Below are positions 39,336 to 49,247 of a DNA stretch of 64,000 bases, piece after piece. This stretch comes from Patescibacteria group bacterium. GTDB lineage: Bacteria > Patescibacteriota > Patescibacteriia > Magasanikbacterales > GWA2-37-8. Both the position numbers and the translations under genes were made by a program. The notes beneath the pieces were generated by a model, which searched no databases, was not told the origin of the DNA, and saw nothing but the letters and a program-made list of their open reading frames with translations. Position 1 is the stretch's first letter; each line of letters starts with the position of its first letter. The stretch spans positions 183,420-247,419 of the forward strand of contig JAQTYG010000001.1 in the NCBI GenBank assembly GCA_028688375.1, in the 5' to 3' direction.

Positions 39336-40427
39336 TTATTTTCCAGATTTGGTTCGATTATCTTGCTTACACAACATTTGGCAATTCTCGGCAACAGTTT
39401 TACCACCCTCGTGCCACGGCTTTATATGGTCGGCTTCCATTTCTTCTATTTCAAAACGCTTCTTGCATTTTTTACAAATTCCTTTTTGCCTCTCATACGC
39501 TTCGCGCTTCATTTTGTCCGTAAAAGCACGAATCGAAAGAAATTTTTCTTGTCCCGTTAAAACATACGGGTAAATACCGGATTTTTTTGTAACATCTTCA
39601 TCTTGCATTAACTCTTTGATCTCGGCTTCAAGTTTACCGGCGTTCAATTTCCTATCTTTGAATTGATTATACAGTTCACCCCATTGCACGCCACTCATTT
39701 CTCGGCGATAATTTGTAAAAATTTTACGCACCCACGCAATCACGTCTTGAAAATACTGCCACAATGCTTCCGCATCCTTTTTATTTTGATGTTTGGCCAT
39801 GTAATCTTCTATCTTGCCGTCGTTAATCCACGAAAGTGCTGTTTCTAAATACTCCTGGCGAATTGGCGAGCCGTTAACTAATTGCCCGCCGTCGTTCGCT
39901 AACAAATATGCCGCGCAATTTGATTTGCTGAATTTAAGTTTGGCGTCAGAGAGCCATGGCCCGGTATATACCGCGTTGCGTATTTCTTGGTCAGTCAATT
40001 TTTCACCGGCAATATTAATAATTCTAAACCAGTCCAGTCGTTCTTTGTCTGTACCCTCGCAGAAATATATCATCAGTTCATAATCCAAAATCTGTTTTTG
40101 TTCTTCGTTGGTCAAGTTGTGAAAAAAACGATCATTCAGCGAAAAATCGCCATTAATATATTGCCCGATACTAATGGTGCGCTGTTGGCCGTCCAAAACT
40201 TCGAAATTTCCTTGGTCGGTCTTGACCCAGTACATCACATTAAGCGGAAAGCTATTTTTAATCGTTTCAAGCACGGCATCCCGCTGTTTGCCGGTATAAA
40301 CAAATTCGCGCTGATATTTGGGGCGGATATCCAGCTTACCGCCATACGCGACCACGCCTTCTTCGGCGCTGTCTTTGTAACCAACGACCACTTTACGCAC
40401 CGAAATTTTATGTAATTCAATTTTCAT
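39336..40427 (-). CDS. DUF262 (GmrS-like) + HNH endonuclease
   Basis: PKYQREFVY, VLDGQQRT, C..C...EADHIKPWHEGGKT..NCQMLC. Confidence 0.9.
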   Translation of the reverse strand: MKIELHKISVRKVVVGYKDSAEEGVVAYGGKLDIRPKYQREFVYTGKQRDAVLETIKNSFPLNVMYWVKTDQGNFEVLDGQQRTISIGQYINGDFSLNDRFFHNLTNEEQKQILDYELMIYFCEGTDKERLDWFRIINIAGEKLTDQEIRNAVYTGPWLSDAKLKFSKSNCAAYLLANDGGQLVNGSPIRQEYLETALSWINDGKIEDYMAKHQNKKDAEALWQYFQDVIAWVRKIFTNYRREMSGVQWGELYNQFKDRKLNAGKLEAEIKELMQDEDVTKKSGIYPYVLTGQEKFLSIRAFTDKMKREAYERQKGICKKCKKRFEIEEMEADHIKPWHEGGKTVAENCQMLCKQDNRTKSGK

Positions 40428-40428
40428 A

Positions 40429-41382
40429 TTATTTTTTTACTTTCTTATTTTTAACTAAAATTCTAAAATATGTAAATTTCCCATTTATTGACAGGTCTTT
40501 ATCATCATCGCCCTTACGAAACTTCACAATTTCAAACTGGTCCGGATTATATTTATCAATAAAAGTTATCGGCACACCAATAACGCCGTTATAATCATAG
40601 GGAATATCCGTATATTTGTCTACGTTGATTGCATCATAATTATCATAATGTGGATATTCCTCGGGGTTGTATTTTTTATATAATGTTATAAATTCCTTAT
40701 GCTTTTCAACCTCAAGGCTTGTGAACCAACACGAAGTTGAAACTCGCGCGATTTTCTTACCGTTCTCATCAATATGGTGAAACAATTCCCAATCGTCTGG
40801 CACCATAAAGAACATACCGACGTTAAAATTGGTGTAACCTGTTCGAATTTTGTCTTCTTTGAATAACTTAAAAATTTCTTTATAAGTTATCGCATTGGTA
40901 TTGCCGATAATCAAAAACCTCTTATCGTACTCCATCAGCTGCGCCATATACTCACGAAATAGTGAAAATGGCGGGTTTGTTACTATGATGTCAGCTTGTT
41001 TGAGAAGGTCAATACATTCCTTGCTTCGGAAATCGCCGTCGCTTATCATTTCGGTCATAAATTCATCCGGGTCGGGCATGCGATTACCATTTTTATCCCC
41101 AGCGTATTCCAATTTATAAGGTTTTTTATTGGTAAATAAAGTTGCGCCTTTGAAATGGGTGGCAATCAATTTCTTCAATCCTAAATGTTCAAAATTTCTA
41201 CTGAAATATTTAACAAAGTTACTTTCTCTCGGGTCATCGCAATTACAAAATACCACCTTTCCTCGAAACTGATCTTTATAATGCTTGATTTCATTTTCAA
41301 TATCGGCAAGCTGGGTATAAAACTCGTCTTTCTTTTCTTTACTTGCCTTATGCAAACTTTTATTTGATGATTTAGTTACCAT
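40429..41382 (-). CDS. EcoRI-family adenine-specific DNA methyltransferase
   Basis: KKDEFYT, CNCDDP, GDFRS.EC, VTNPPFSLFRE, GVPITF. Confidence 0.9.
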   Translation of the reverse strand: MVTKSSNKSLHKASKEKKDEFYTQLADIENEIKHYKDQFRGKVVFCNCDDPRESNFVKYFSRNFEHLGLKKLIATHFKGATLFTNKKPYKLEYAGDKNGNRMPDPDEFMTEMISDGDFRSKECIDLLKQADIIVTNPPFSLFREYMAQLMEYDKRFLIIGNTNAITYKEIFKLFKEDKIRTGYTNFNVGMFFMVPDDWELFHHIDENGKKIARVSTSCWFTSLEVEKHKEFITLYKKYNPEEYPHYDNYDAINVDKYTDIPYDYNGVIGVPITFIDKYNPDQFEIVKFRKGDDDKDLSINGKFTYFRILVKNKKVKK

Positions 41383-41384
41383 AA

Positions 41385-42134
41385 TTATCTTCTTGTTATC
41401 AAGTCATACGCCAAGCTGGCGAGTGATATATAATGAATTGCTAAATTTTTATCCAAATCTTGAGCGGGAGTATGCGCTTTTTCATTCCGCAAAAATTGGA
41501 TGGACATATGTAAAAATTTTACTCCCTCAAAAAAATCTTTTTCCGCGTCATTTTTCGGTTTCCGCCCAAAAATTATTTCTTGGTTCGATTCCGCAAACGC
41601 CTCGTGCGCTTTTTCTTTGCCGGTAATATCTCTGAGCTTTTGACGAACGATTTTATACGCTTCTTCTACGGCGTTAAAATAATGCCCACTATTCAGAAAT
41701 TTTTGAACATGGTCAAAAACTTCTTTTTGCAAAATTATATTGATATTACCGTTCTTAAAGGTGGCTTGGGATATATTTTCAACTTTCACTTTTACCCCAA
41801 GAAGTTTTTCGCCAATGTTTTTAGCGGCGGTCATTCTGTCGGCTGGAAAATCATCTCGTTTCAAATTATCCAATAAAATCTGATTTTCAATATATTCAAT
41901 GAGTTTCAAAATACTTTTTCCAACGATTTTATCGTCTGCGTTCGTCCATAGGCCACGGAGACGATTTGCTTTTGAACCGCTGGCATAATTGTACCTTTGA
42001 TTGTAAATATCAATGCCGATGTCATCTCTAAAAAATTCACCCATTGTTCGGTCGGAAAAATTCAAAACATAACCACTGCCCATCTGGAGTAGTTTTTCAA
42101 GTGTCTGTTTTTCGAGTGTAGTCAGTTCTGCCAT
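41385..42134 (-). CDS. TIGR02391 (Ymh, HEPN-like) protein with AbiJ-type N-terminal domain
   Basis: GYVLNFSDRT..SKANRLR N-terminus; HYFNAVEEAYK..LRNEKAH (Rx4H). Confidence 0.75.
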   Translation of the reverse strand: MAELTTLEKQTLEKLLQMGSGYVLNFSDRTMGEFFRDDIGIDIYNQRYNYASGSKANRLRGLWTNADDKIVGKSILKLIEYIENQILLDNLKRDDFPADRMTAAKNIGEKLLGVKVKVENISQATFKNGNINIILQKEVFDHVQKFLNSGHYFNAVEEAYKIVRQKLRDITGKEKAHEAFAESNQEIIFGRKPKNDAEKDFFEGVKFLHMSIQFLRNEKAHTPAQDLDKNLAIHYISLASLAYDLITRR

Positions 42135-42180
42135 AATCTTATTCTATTCTATACTTATTAGAAAGATTCGCAATATATTT

Positions 42181-42454
42181 CTGGATTCCCGCCAGAGTTT
42201 ATCCTCGCGAAAGCGGGGGCGGGAATGACAGGGCTTCGCCGCGACCTCACCCCAGCCCTGCCTACCGGCAGGCAGGCCTCTCCTTATCAAGGAGAGGGGC
42301 GCCGGAGGGATTCCTCCACTACGGTCGGAATGACAGGACTTCCCCTCGCCCCCTCTTTATATAAGAGGGGGAAAGATCCTTCGCTTCGCTCAGGATGACA
42401 AGTGGCGGGAATGACAGGGTGACGAGAAGATCCTTCTCTCCGCTCAGGGTGACA
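42181..42454. repeat. Cluster of nested palindromic repeats (families A, B-like and cctgcct.ccggcaggcagg)
   Basis: Five units ending ggaatgaca/ggatgaca/ggtgaca plus two ctct..agag hairpins. Confidence 0.85.
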
Positions 42455-42469
42455 CCGCAAATTGCGGTG

Positions 42470-43762
42470 TCACTTTCTCTCCCACTCCCCCGTCTGCCTG
42501 ACTAAAAGTTCAGACGCGCGGAGCGGTTCGGCCATTAATTCTTTGACGATTTTTTCCATCCGTACACCCTGCGAGCCTTTGATTAAAACTACATCGCCTT
42601 CTTTGATGGCGTCTTGTAAAAATTTCCCGGCGCTGGCACTGTCGGCAAAAGTCACCACGCGGTGTTCTTCCATCCCAGCCTCGCGCGCCGCTTGGGCCGT
42701 TTGTTTGGACGCCTCCCCCACCGTCACCAAGACATCAACCCCCAATTCCGCCACGCGCCGGCCGATATCACGATGGGCGCTTTCCGTTTCCAAACCCAGC
42801 TCCAGCATATCGCCGAGCACGGCGTAACGTTCGGCGTCGGCCTTGATGTCAATATTTTTAAGCGTCTTCAGCGCCGAGATGGTCGGTTCGGGCGAAGAAT
42901 TATAGCTGTCATCAATCAGCATGGTTTTTTTAATGCCCGGAATCAAACACATATGCCCGGCCAATGGTTTCAAATCGCGCAACGCGCCGGCCGCTTCCAC
43001 AAAATTCACGCCGAAAATATGGCCGATGGCCAGACCGGCCAAAGCCGCCGGAATCAAATGTTCGGCCATGGCGCCGGGTAAAAATACCGGCACGATGTTG
43101 CCCCGAAAATTAACCTTGAAATTCAAACCGGTCGGCCAGTTGGTCTCCGGGTCGGGAATAATATTGACATCAGTCGCCTGAAAATCCGCACCGTCTTTAA
43201 AACCGAAAGTGACCACCTCGGCTTTAGTTTTGGCGTTTTGCATCACCAGGTCATTGTCATAATTCAGCACGGCAAAACCTTCTTCGGTCAGATGAGAAAC
43301 AATGACACGCTTCTCCTGAATAATTTTTTTGAGGGTTTTAAAAAATTCTATATGCACCGGCGCGATGTAGGTCAACACGCCGACTTTACACGGCGCGGTC
43401 TCCACCAAATATTGAATGTCGCCCGGCTTATCCGAGCCCATTTCCAACACTAAAATTTCCGGATAATTTTCCGTTTTCCCGCCAATTAATTTTAACGCCC
43501 GGCCAAAAACTTTCAACCAACCGAAAATCGACCGGCCCGGAGTTTTATCAACACCGATAACGGTCAAGGGCAAGCCGATTTCGTTATTATAATTTTTAAC
43601 ATTGGCGCGAACGTTGAAACGCGTCCGCAGCACCGCCACCGCCGCTTCTTTGGTGGAAGTTTTGCCGATGGAACCGGTGATGCCGACAACATCGGGGCGA
43701 TATTTTTTTAAAATCGCCTTTGCTAATAATTTTAGGATGAGTTGGAGAAGGGATTTTAACAT
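42470..43762 (-). CDS. murF: UDP-MurNAc-tripeptide--D-Ala-D-Ala ligase
   Basis: GITGSIGKTSTKE, NNEIGLP, DDSYNSSP, LGDMLELG, LIKGSQG. Confidence 0.92.
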   Translation of the reverse strand: MLKSLLQLILKLLAKAILKKYRPDVVGITGSIGKTSTKEAAVAVLRTRFNVRANVKNYNNEIGLPLTVIGVDKTPGRSIFGWLKVFGRALKLIGGKTENYPEILVLEMGSDKPGDIQYLVETAPCKVGVLTYIAPVHIEFFKTLKKIIQEKRVIVSHLTEEGFAVLNYDNDLVMQNAKTKAEVVTFGFKDGADFQATDVNIIPDPETNWPTGLNFKVNFRGNIVPVFLPGAMAEHLIPAALAGLAIGHIFGVNFVEAAGALRDLKPLAGHMCLIPGIKKTMLIDDSYNSSPEPTISALKTLKNIDIKADAERYAVLGDMLELGLETESAHRDIGRRVAELGVDVLVTVGEASKQTAQAAREAGMEEHRVVTFADSASAGKFLQDAIKEGDVVLIKGSQGVRMEKIVKELMAEPLRASELLVRQTGEWERK

Positions 43763-43768
43763 AAATTA

Positions 43769-45502
43769 TTATTTATCCTTTTGGATATTGTAATATTTCA
43801 AAGCGAAATCGGCCACGTCTTTGAATACCACCGCGGCGGTGGATTCCGCCCATTGGCGTTCCGGTTTTTCAAACTTTACCACCATGACAAATTTTATATC
43901 ACTGCCGGTCGGGGCGTAACCGCAAAAAGTATGGTTGGTTTCTTCGGTGTAACCGCCCGGTCCGGGAATTTGCGCCGTGCCGGTTTTGCCGGCGACATAA
44001 TATCCGCCCATTTTCACCGTGGCCCGATAAGTTTTTTCCACCACCGAAGTAAGCATGCCGGTAATCAATTTGGAAGCGCGCGGAGAAATAGCTTGCGCCA
44101 CCACGGTCGGGTCTGTTTTTTCCACTTTGCCGTTGGAGTACCTAATTTCTTTAATCAAATATGGTTTAAGCACCTGCCCGCCGTTGGCTAGGGCCGAATA
44201 GGCTACCGCCAATTGCAACGGGGTCACGGTTATGCCTTGCCCGAACGATGCTTGGGCGGTGGAAAGAACGGACTTTTTTTCCAAAGAGGAAATGTTGCCC
44301 GGCATTTCCGTATCCAACGGAACGCCCGTTTGCTGGCCAAAGCCGAATTTTTCAATATACGATTTCATGGTCTCCTGCGGCATTTTCTCCGACACCCAAA
44401 TCATACCCGTATTGATGGAATTTTCCAAGACCTCGGTCATGGTGACGCGCGGACCGTAACATTTGCCCAGCGCGTTGTGAATGGTGTATTTGCCGAACTG
44501 GCGCTCGCACGGGTCGGAAAAAGTGGTATTAGGCGAGACCAGCCCCTGGTCCAAAACCGACGACATCACAATCGGTTTAAAAACCGAACCCGGTTCATAA
44601 GGCGTAAAAATCGCCGTGTTATTAAACGCCTCCATATTTTTAACCTCGGAAAAATTATTCGGGTCATAACCGGGCAAGCTACACATGGCGATAATGGCGC
44701 CGGTGGCCGGGTCCATCATCACCAGCGAAGCGCTTTGGGCGTTGAACGCTTTCAGGCCTTCGGCCAGCCGACTACAAGCTTTGTACTGAATGGCGCGGTC
44801 AATGGTCAACACTAAATCAGCGCCGTTCTCCGCTTCCACCGAAGTCAAGCCGGCCAAAGAAATCCAACCGCCACCTTCCGCTCTTTCCCCGGAAAAAAAG
44901 CCCGTTTTGCCGGCCAAGGTTTTATTCCAATAACCTTCCACGCCGTATTTACCGGCCAAATTGTCTTCCTGGTCAAAAGCGCAAAATCCGAGCGCGCCGG
45001 CGCTACTGGCGCCTTCCGGATAATAACGATAAATTTCCGTGGTGGCATAAATGCCAGTCAATTTCGCCGCCTCCAGCTGGCTCCATTGTTCTTCCGGAAT
45101 TTTCCGCGCGATTGGTTCATAGGGGTCGTCGGCCTTGCTTAATTTAGCGCGCAACTCTTCCAGCGCTTCGTCGGGTAAAGCGAGCACGGTTTTAATTTTT
45201 TGCGCCGTCGCGTCCACTGCCTCTTTTTTTATTTCTTTAGGCACGGCGTAAATTTTGTAATAGGCGCGATTAATCGCCGCCGGATAAGTGTCGCCGTTGC
45301 GCGAGTCGGAAAAATAAATTTGGCCTCGGGCCGGATGAATTTTTTGATAAATCTCGTGCGTGTCCAAAGCCATGGTGGCGTAATAATCATGTTGCAAAAT
45401 CTGCAACCGGAACAGCTGGATCACCACCAACAAAATCGCCAAGCCGAAAATCAGCGAGAGGTAGCGAATTTCACGATATTGTTCGGCGTGATGAGTGAAC
45501 AT
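43769..45502 (-). CDS. Class B penicillin-binding protein (FtsI/PBP2 family)
   Basis: EPGSVFK (SxxK), SIN (SxN), GKTGTAQ. Confidence 0.92.
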   Translation of the reverse strand: MFTHHAEQYREIRYLSLIFGLAILLVVIQLFRLQILQHDYYATMALDTHEIYQKIHPARGQIYFSDSRNGDTYPAAINRAYYKIYAVPKEIKKEAVDATAQKIKTVLALPDEALEELRAKLSKADDPYEPIARKIPEEQWSQLEAAKLTGIYATTEIYRYYPEGASSAGALGFCAFDQEDNLAGKYGVEGYWNKTLAGKTGFFSGERAEGGGWISLAGLTSVEAENGADLVLTIDRAIQYKACSRLAEGLKAFNAQSASLVMMDPATGAIIAMCSLPGYDPNNFSEVKNMEAFNNTAIFTPYEPGSVFKPIVMSSVLDQGLVSPNTTFSDPCERQFGKYTIHNALGKCYGPRVTMTEVLENSINTGMIWVSEKMPQETMKSYIEKFGFGQQTGVPLDTEMPGNISSLEKKSVLSTAQASFGQGITVTPLQLAVAYSALANGGQVLKPYLIKEIRYSNGKVEKTDPTVVAQAISPRASKLITGMLTSVVEKTYRATVKMGGYYVAGKTGTAQIPGPGGYTEETNHTFCGYAPTGSDIKFVMVVKFEKPERQWAESTAAVVFKDVADFALKYYNIQKDK

Positions 45503-45568
45503 GGATTAAGGAGTAAGGAGTAAGGAATAACGGTTGCCGAAGGGATCCTTCCCCCGCATCTTGCGGGG

Positions 45569-46624
45569 TCAGGATGACAGACGGGTGACGACGGATTTGT
45601 TCGCCAGTTGACCGCAGGCGGCGGAAATATCGGCCCCTTGTGAAACGCGCATGGTGGCGATAAAACCTTTGGCCAGCAAGCGGTCGCGCCAATTTTTAAT
45701 CAGCGTTTCAGAGGCGCTGGTCCATTTTTTATCCGTGGCGTTATACGGAATTAAATTTATTCTCACCCGGCCGAGACGGGAGGCAAAATCGGCCAAGGCC
45801 TTAAAATGTTTAGCGTCGTCATTAATGCCGGCGAGAAATAAATATTCCAAACCGAGGAAATGCGTGCGATTGCCGAAACGAGCATGATATTTTTTCGCCC
45901 AATCAGTCATAAACTCAAAAAACTTCGGCGGTTGGGACGGAATAATTTTTTTGCGCTCGCCCTCAATGGCGCTGTGCAACGACAGAGCAAAACGCACGGC
46001 GGGAAAATCTTTATCTGCCACCATTTTCTCCATGCCGGCTATCACCCCGCCGGTGGAAATGGTGATTTTAGTCGGACCGACATCGGTATATTTTAAAATT
46101 AAATTAATCGCTTTTTTGACTTCATCGTAATTCAACAGCGGTTCGCCTTGGCCCATAAAAACAATGTTGTCCACTCGTCCGGCGCCCTGTTCGGTTAAAT
46201 ATTTTTGCCAAAAACGGTACTGGCCGACAATTTCTTCCGCCGTTAAATTTCTTTTAAACCCGAGCCGGCCGGTGGCGCAAAAAACGCATTTCATGGCGCA
46301 ACCGACTTGCGATGACACGCAAATGGTAAAACGATTCGTCCCGGCTTTGGTTTGTTTTTTGGAAGCCCGGCCGAGCAAAACGGTTTCCACCGCCAAACCG
46401 TCAGCCAAACGCAGGAGGGCTTTTTTCGTGTCATCAATCTTGCTTTCCTCAATCACTAACGGCGCCACGGCTTGCCACGGTATCTCCGCCAATTCTTGGC
46501 GTAAATCTTTGGGCAAGGTGGTGACGGTGGTAAAACCGGTGATGGCCGGATCAAACCAAGCGCGATAAATTTGGTCGCGCCGATAAGCCGGCTGGTCGCT
46601 TAAAATTGTGTCCAAATTTTTCAT
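45569..46624 (-). CDS. rlmN: RlmN/Cfr family RNA methyltransferase (radical SAM)
   Basis: CVSSQVGCAMKCVFCATG, MGQGEP, SAACGQL. Confidence 0.9.
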   Translation of the reverse strand: MKNLDTILSDQPAYRRDQIYRAWFDPAITGFTTVTTLPKDLRQELAEIPWQAVAPLVIEESKIDDTKKALLRLADGLAVETVLLGRASKKQTKAGTNRFTICVSSQVGCAMKCVFCATGRLGFKRNLTAEEIVGQYRFWQKYLTEQGAGRVDNIVFMGQGEPLLNYDEVKKAINLILKYTDVGPTKITISTGGVIAGMEKMVADKDFPAVRFALSLHSAIEGERKKIIPSQPPKFFEFMTDWAKKYHARFGNRTHFLGLEYLFLAGINDDAKHFKALADFASRLGRVRINLIPYNATDKKWTSASETLIKNWRDRLLAKGFIATMRVSQGADISAACGQLANKSVVTRLSS

Positions 46625-46675
46625 GATAAATAGTGTCTGGATTCCCGCCTGCGCGGGAATGACAAGGTGAAAAAA

Positions 46676-49189
46676 TTAATTGTCTTCTCTACCCCGGATA
46701 ACCACAAAACCGGCGAAAACCGAAACGATAAACGAAACAACAAAAATCAGACCAAACGTTAGCCAAGAAATTGTCGCCAAATGAAATAACCCGCGCAAAA
46801 ACGGCACGAAAAAAATCACGGTTAAACCCAGAAAAGTGGCCAAAGAAATTATCGCCAAAGTTAAGTTGTTTTTTATCTGTTGCCATTCGCGCGTGGTGAA
46901 AATCAGCATAATCTGCGACACCACCAGCGAACCAAAAGCTAGAGTGGTGCCGGTAAAAAAGTCGTGGCGGATAAAGCCGAAATAACAGTACAGGCCAAAA
47001 CTGACGATAAAAATAGCCAGCGCCTGAACCACCACTTGTTTCCAAAGCCTGGGGTTGATGAGAGGTTCATCCACCGGACGCGGGGGCACGCGCATCACGT
47101 TGCGCGGAGCTTTTTCTTTTTCAAAACCCAGCACCGCCGCCGGATCGCAAATTAATTCTAAGAAAATTATATGGATGGGGAGAAAAATTAACGGCTGGCC
47201 AAAAAACAACGGGATGACGGCCAACCCGACAATCGGTAAATGAAAAGATAGCAAAAACATAAAAGCCTGTTGCATGTTGCGGTAGGTTTTTCGACCCTCT
47301 TTGACCGCGCGGGCGATGGTGGCAAAATTATCGTCCATCAGTACGATACCGGCCGCCTGGCGCGCCACTTCCGTGCCTTTCTGACCCATGGCCACGCCGA
47401 TGTTGGCCTTTTTCAAAGCCGGCGCGTCATTGACGCCGTCGCCGGTCATGGCCACTACTTCGCCGTTTTTTTGCAAGGCTTCCACGATTAAAAATTTTTG
47501 GTCCGGCCGAACGCGGGCGAAAATGTTATGTTCCGCCACGGTTTTTCGCAAAGCGGACGGCGACATTTTTTCCAGTTCATCCCCGCTGATAATCATGTCG
47601 TCGTGCTTCAGACCGACCTGTTCCGCCACATTGTGCGCTGTCATTTTGTTATCACCGGTAATCATCATCACCCGAATGCCGGCTTCCTGGCACATCTGGA
47701 TCGCCTCGCGCACGCGTGAACGCGGGGGGTCGCTCATGGCCAGCAGGCCGACGAAATTCATGGCGGTCGGGGCGATGATTGACTCACGGTCGCAATTTTT
47801 TACCGCCAAAGCGATGACGCGCAAACCGGCCGCGGCAAATTCTTCATAAACGGCCAATTTTTGTTTTTTCTCCGCTTCGGATAACGCGCAATTACCGATG
47901 ATCACTTCCGGCGCGCCGACCGAATATTGGGCGCAAGCGCCGGTAATTTTATCGCGCCAAATATGGTGGACCATTTTGGTGTGGGCGTCAAAAGGACTGT
48001 CTTTAAGCAGTTCAAAACCATCAAAAAATTCCTGGACATTGACGCCAATTTTGGCGGTAAAATTTTGCGCTTCAATTTCCAGCGGGTCGGTGGCGATGCG
48101 TTCCAACGAAAGAATCGCCGGCTTCATCAAATCAACCAGCGCCGTCGGGTCGGACATGGTTTTTATCTCAAACGCCTTGTGGTTGTAGAAAACCCGCTCC
48201 AATGACATGCGGCCTTCGGTCAGTGTGCCGGTTTTGTCGGTACAAATTACCGTGGCCGAACCAAGGGTTTCCACCATCGCCATTTCGCGCACCAAGGCGT
48301 TTTTCTTAGCCAAACGCCAGACGCCCAGAATCAAGAAAACGCTGAAAACAACGGGAAATTCCTCGGGAATCAAGGACATGGCCATGGTCAAAGCGCCCAG
48401 AGTCGCTTCTTTCCAGCCCTGAGCCAACGCTAAAATTAAACCGACGGTGCCGGACGAGAGCATGGCGACGATGGCGATGCTCCGGATTAAATGATTAATT
48501 TTTTTCTGCAACGGGGTTTTTTCTTTAATGATTTTTTCCAACAACGAACCGAGCCGGCCGTATTGGGTGTGCAGGCCGGTGGAATCAACAAATAATTCAC
48601 CCCCACCTTGAGTCACCAGCGTGCCTTGAAATAATTTATGCTCGCCGGCAATGTCGGCCGGTTTGTCCGGCAAAGATTTTTTCGTGGCCGGGGATGATTC
48701 GCCGGTCAGAACCGCTTCATCCACCAGCAGGCCGGGTCCGGAAAACAAAAAGCCATCGGCCGGCAATTTATCTCCGGCGGTCAGATGCACCAGATCGCCG
48801 GGCACGAGATTTTTTATATCTAAAGTAATAAGACGACCACCACGATAAACTTTGCATTGTTCGCTGATCATTTTATCCAATTCGGCCACGGCTTGGTCGG
48901 TTCTCTTTTGTTGAAAATATTGCATCAAACCGATTGGGATAATGGACAGAAAGAAAACCGCCGTTTCCACCAGATCGCCGATGAAATAATAAACCACGGC
49001 GGTGATGATGATTAGCAGCATCATCGGTTCGGAAAAAATATCCCAGAGCATTTTCAGGCGGGTTTTTCTTTTTATTCTCGGCCGTTCATTGGGGCCGTAT
49101 TTGACAGCGAGTTCGGCGGCCTGCTTAACTGACAAACCGCGGTAGGTGTTTTTCTCGCTCCAAATTGATTGAATAATTTCTGTGTTCAT
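46676..49189 (-). CDS. Cation-transporting P-type ATPase (type II-like)
   Basis: LTGES, PEEFP, DKTGTLT, MTGDGVNDAPALKKA. Confidence 0.95.
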   Translation of the reverse strand: MNTEIIQSIWSEKNTYRGLSVKQAAELAVKYGPNERPRIKRKTRLKMLWDIFSEPMMLLIIITAVVYYFIGDLVETAVFFLSIIPIGLMQYFQQKRTDQAVAELDKMISEQCKVYRGGRLITLDIKNLVPGDLVHLTAGDKLPADGFLFSGPGLLVDEAVLTGESSPATKKSLPDKPADIAGEHKLFQGTLVTQGGGELFVDSTGLHTQYGRLGSLLEKIIKEKTPLQKKINHLIRSIAIVAMLSSGTVGLILALAQGWKEATLGALTMAMSLIPEEFPVVFSVFLILGVWRLAKKNALVREMAMVETLGSATVICTDKTGTLTEGRMSLERVFYNHKAFEIKTMSDPTALVDLMKPAILSLERIATDPLEIEAQNFTAKIGVNVQEFFDGFELLKDSPFDAHTKMVHHIWRDKITGACAQYSVGAPEVIIGNCALSEAEKKQKLAVYEEFAAAGLRVIALAVKNCDRESIIAPTAMNFVGLLAMSDPPRSRVREAIQMCQEAGIRVMMITGDNKMTAHNVAEQVGLKHDDMIISGDELEKMSPSALRKTVAEHNIFARVRPDQKFLIVEALQKNGEVVAMTGDGVNDAPALKKANIGVAMGQKGTEVARQAAGIVLMDDNFATIARAVKEGRKTYRNMQQAFMFLLSFHLPIVGLAVIPLFFGQPLIFLPIHIIFLELICDPAAVLGFEKEKAPRNVMRVPPRPVDEPLINPRLWKQVVVQALAIFIVSFGLYCYFGFIRHDFFTGTTLAFGSLVVSQIMLIFTTREWQQIKNNLTLAIISLATFLGLTVIFFVPFLRGLFHLATISWLTFGLIFVVSFIVSVFAGFVVIRGREDN

Positions 49190-49247
49190 GTGGTTTTAAA
49201 TAGCTCTCGTTGTCACCCCCGACCCGATCGGGGGTCCAGGAACTCGC

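Noticed and set aside
37218-42134. Prophage or integrative element bounded by tRNA att sites
   Set aside because: The two att-like copies are only 231 bp apart and do not flank the island; no integrase or phage structural genes.
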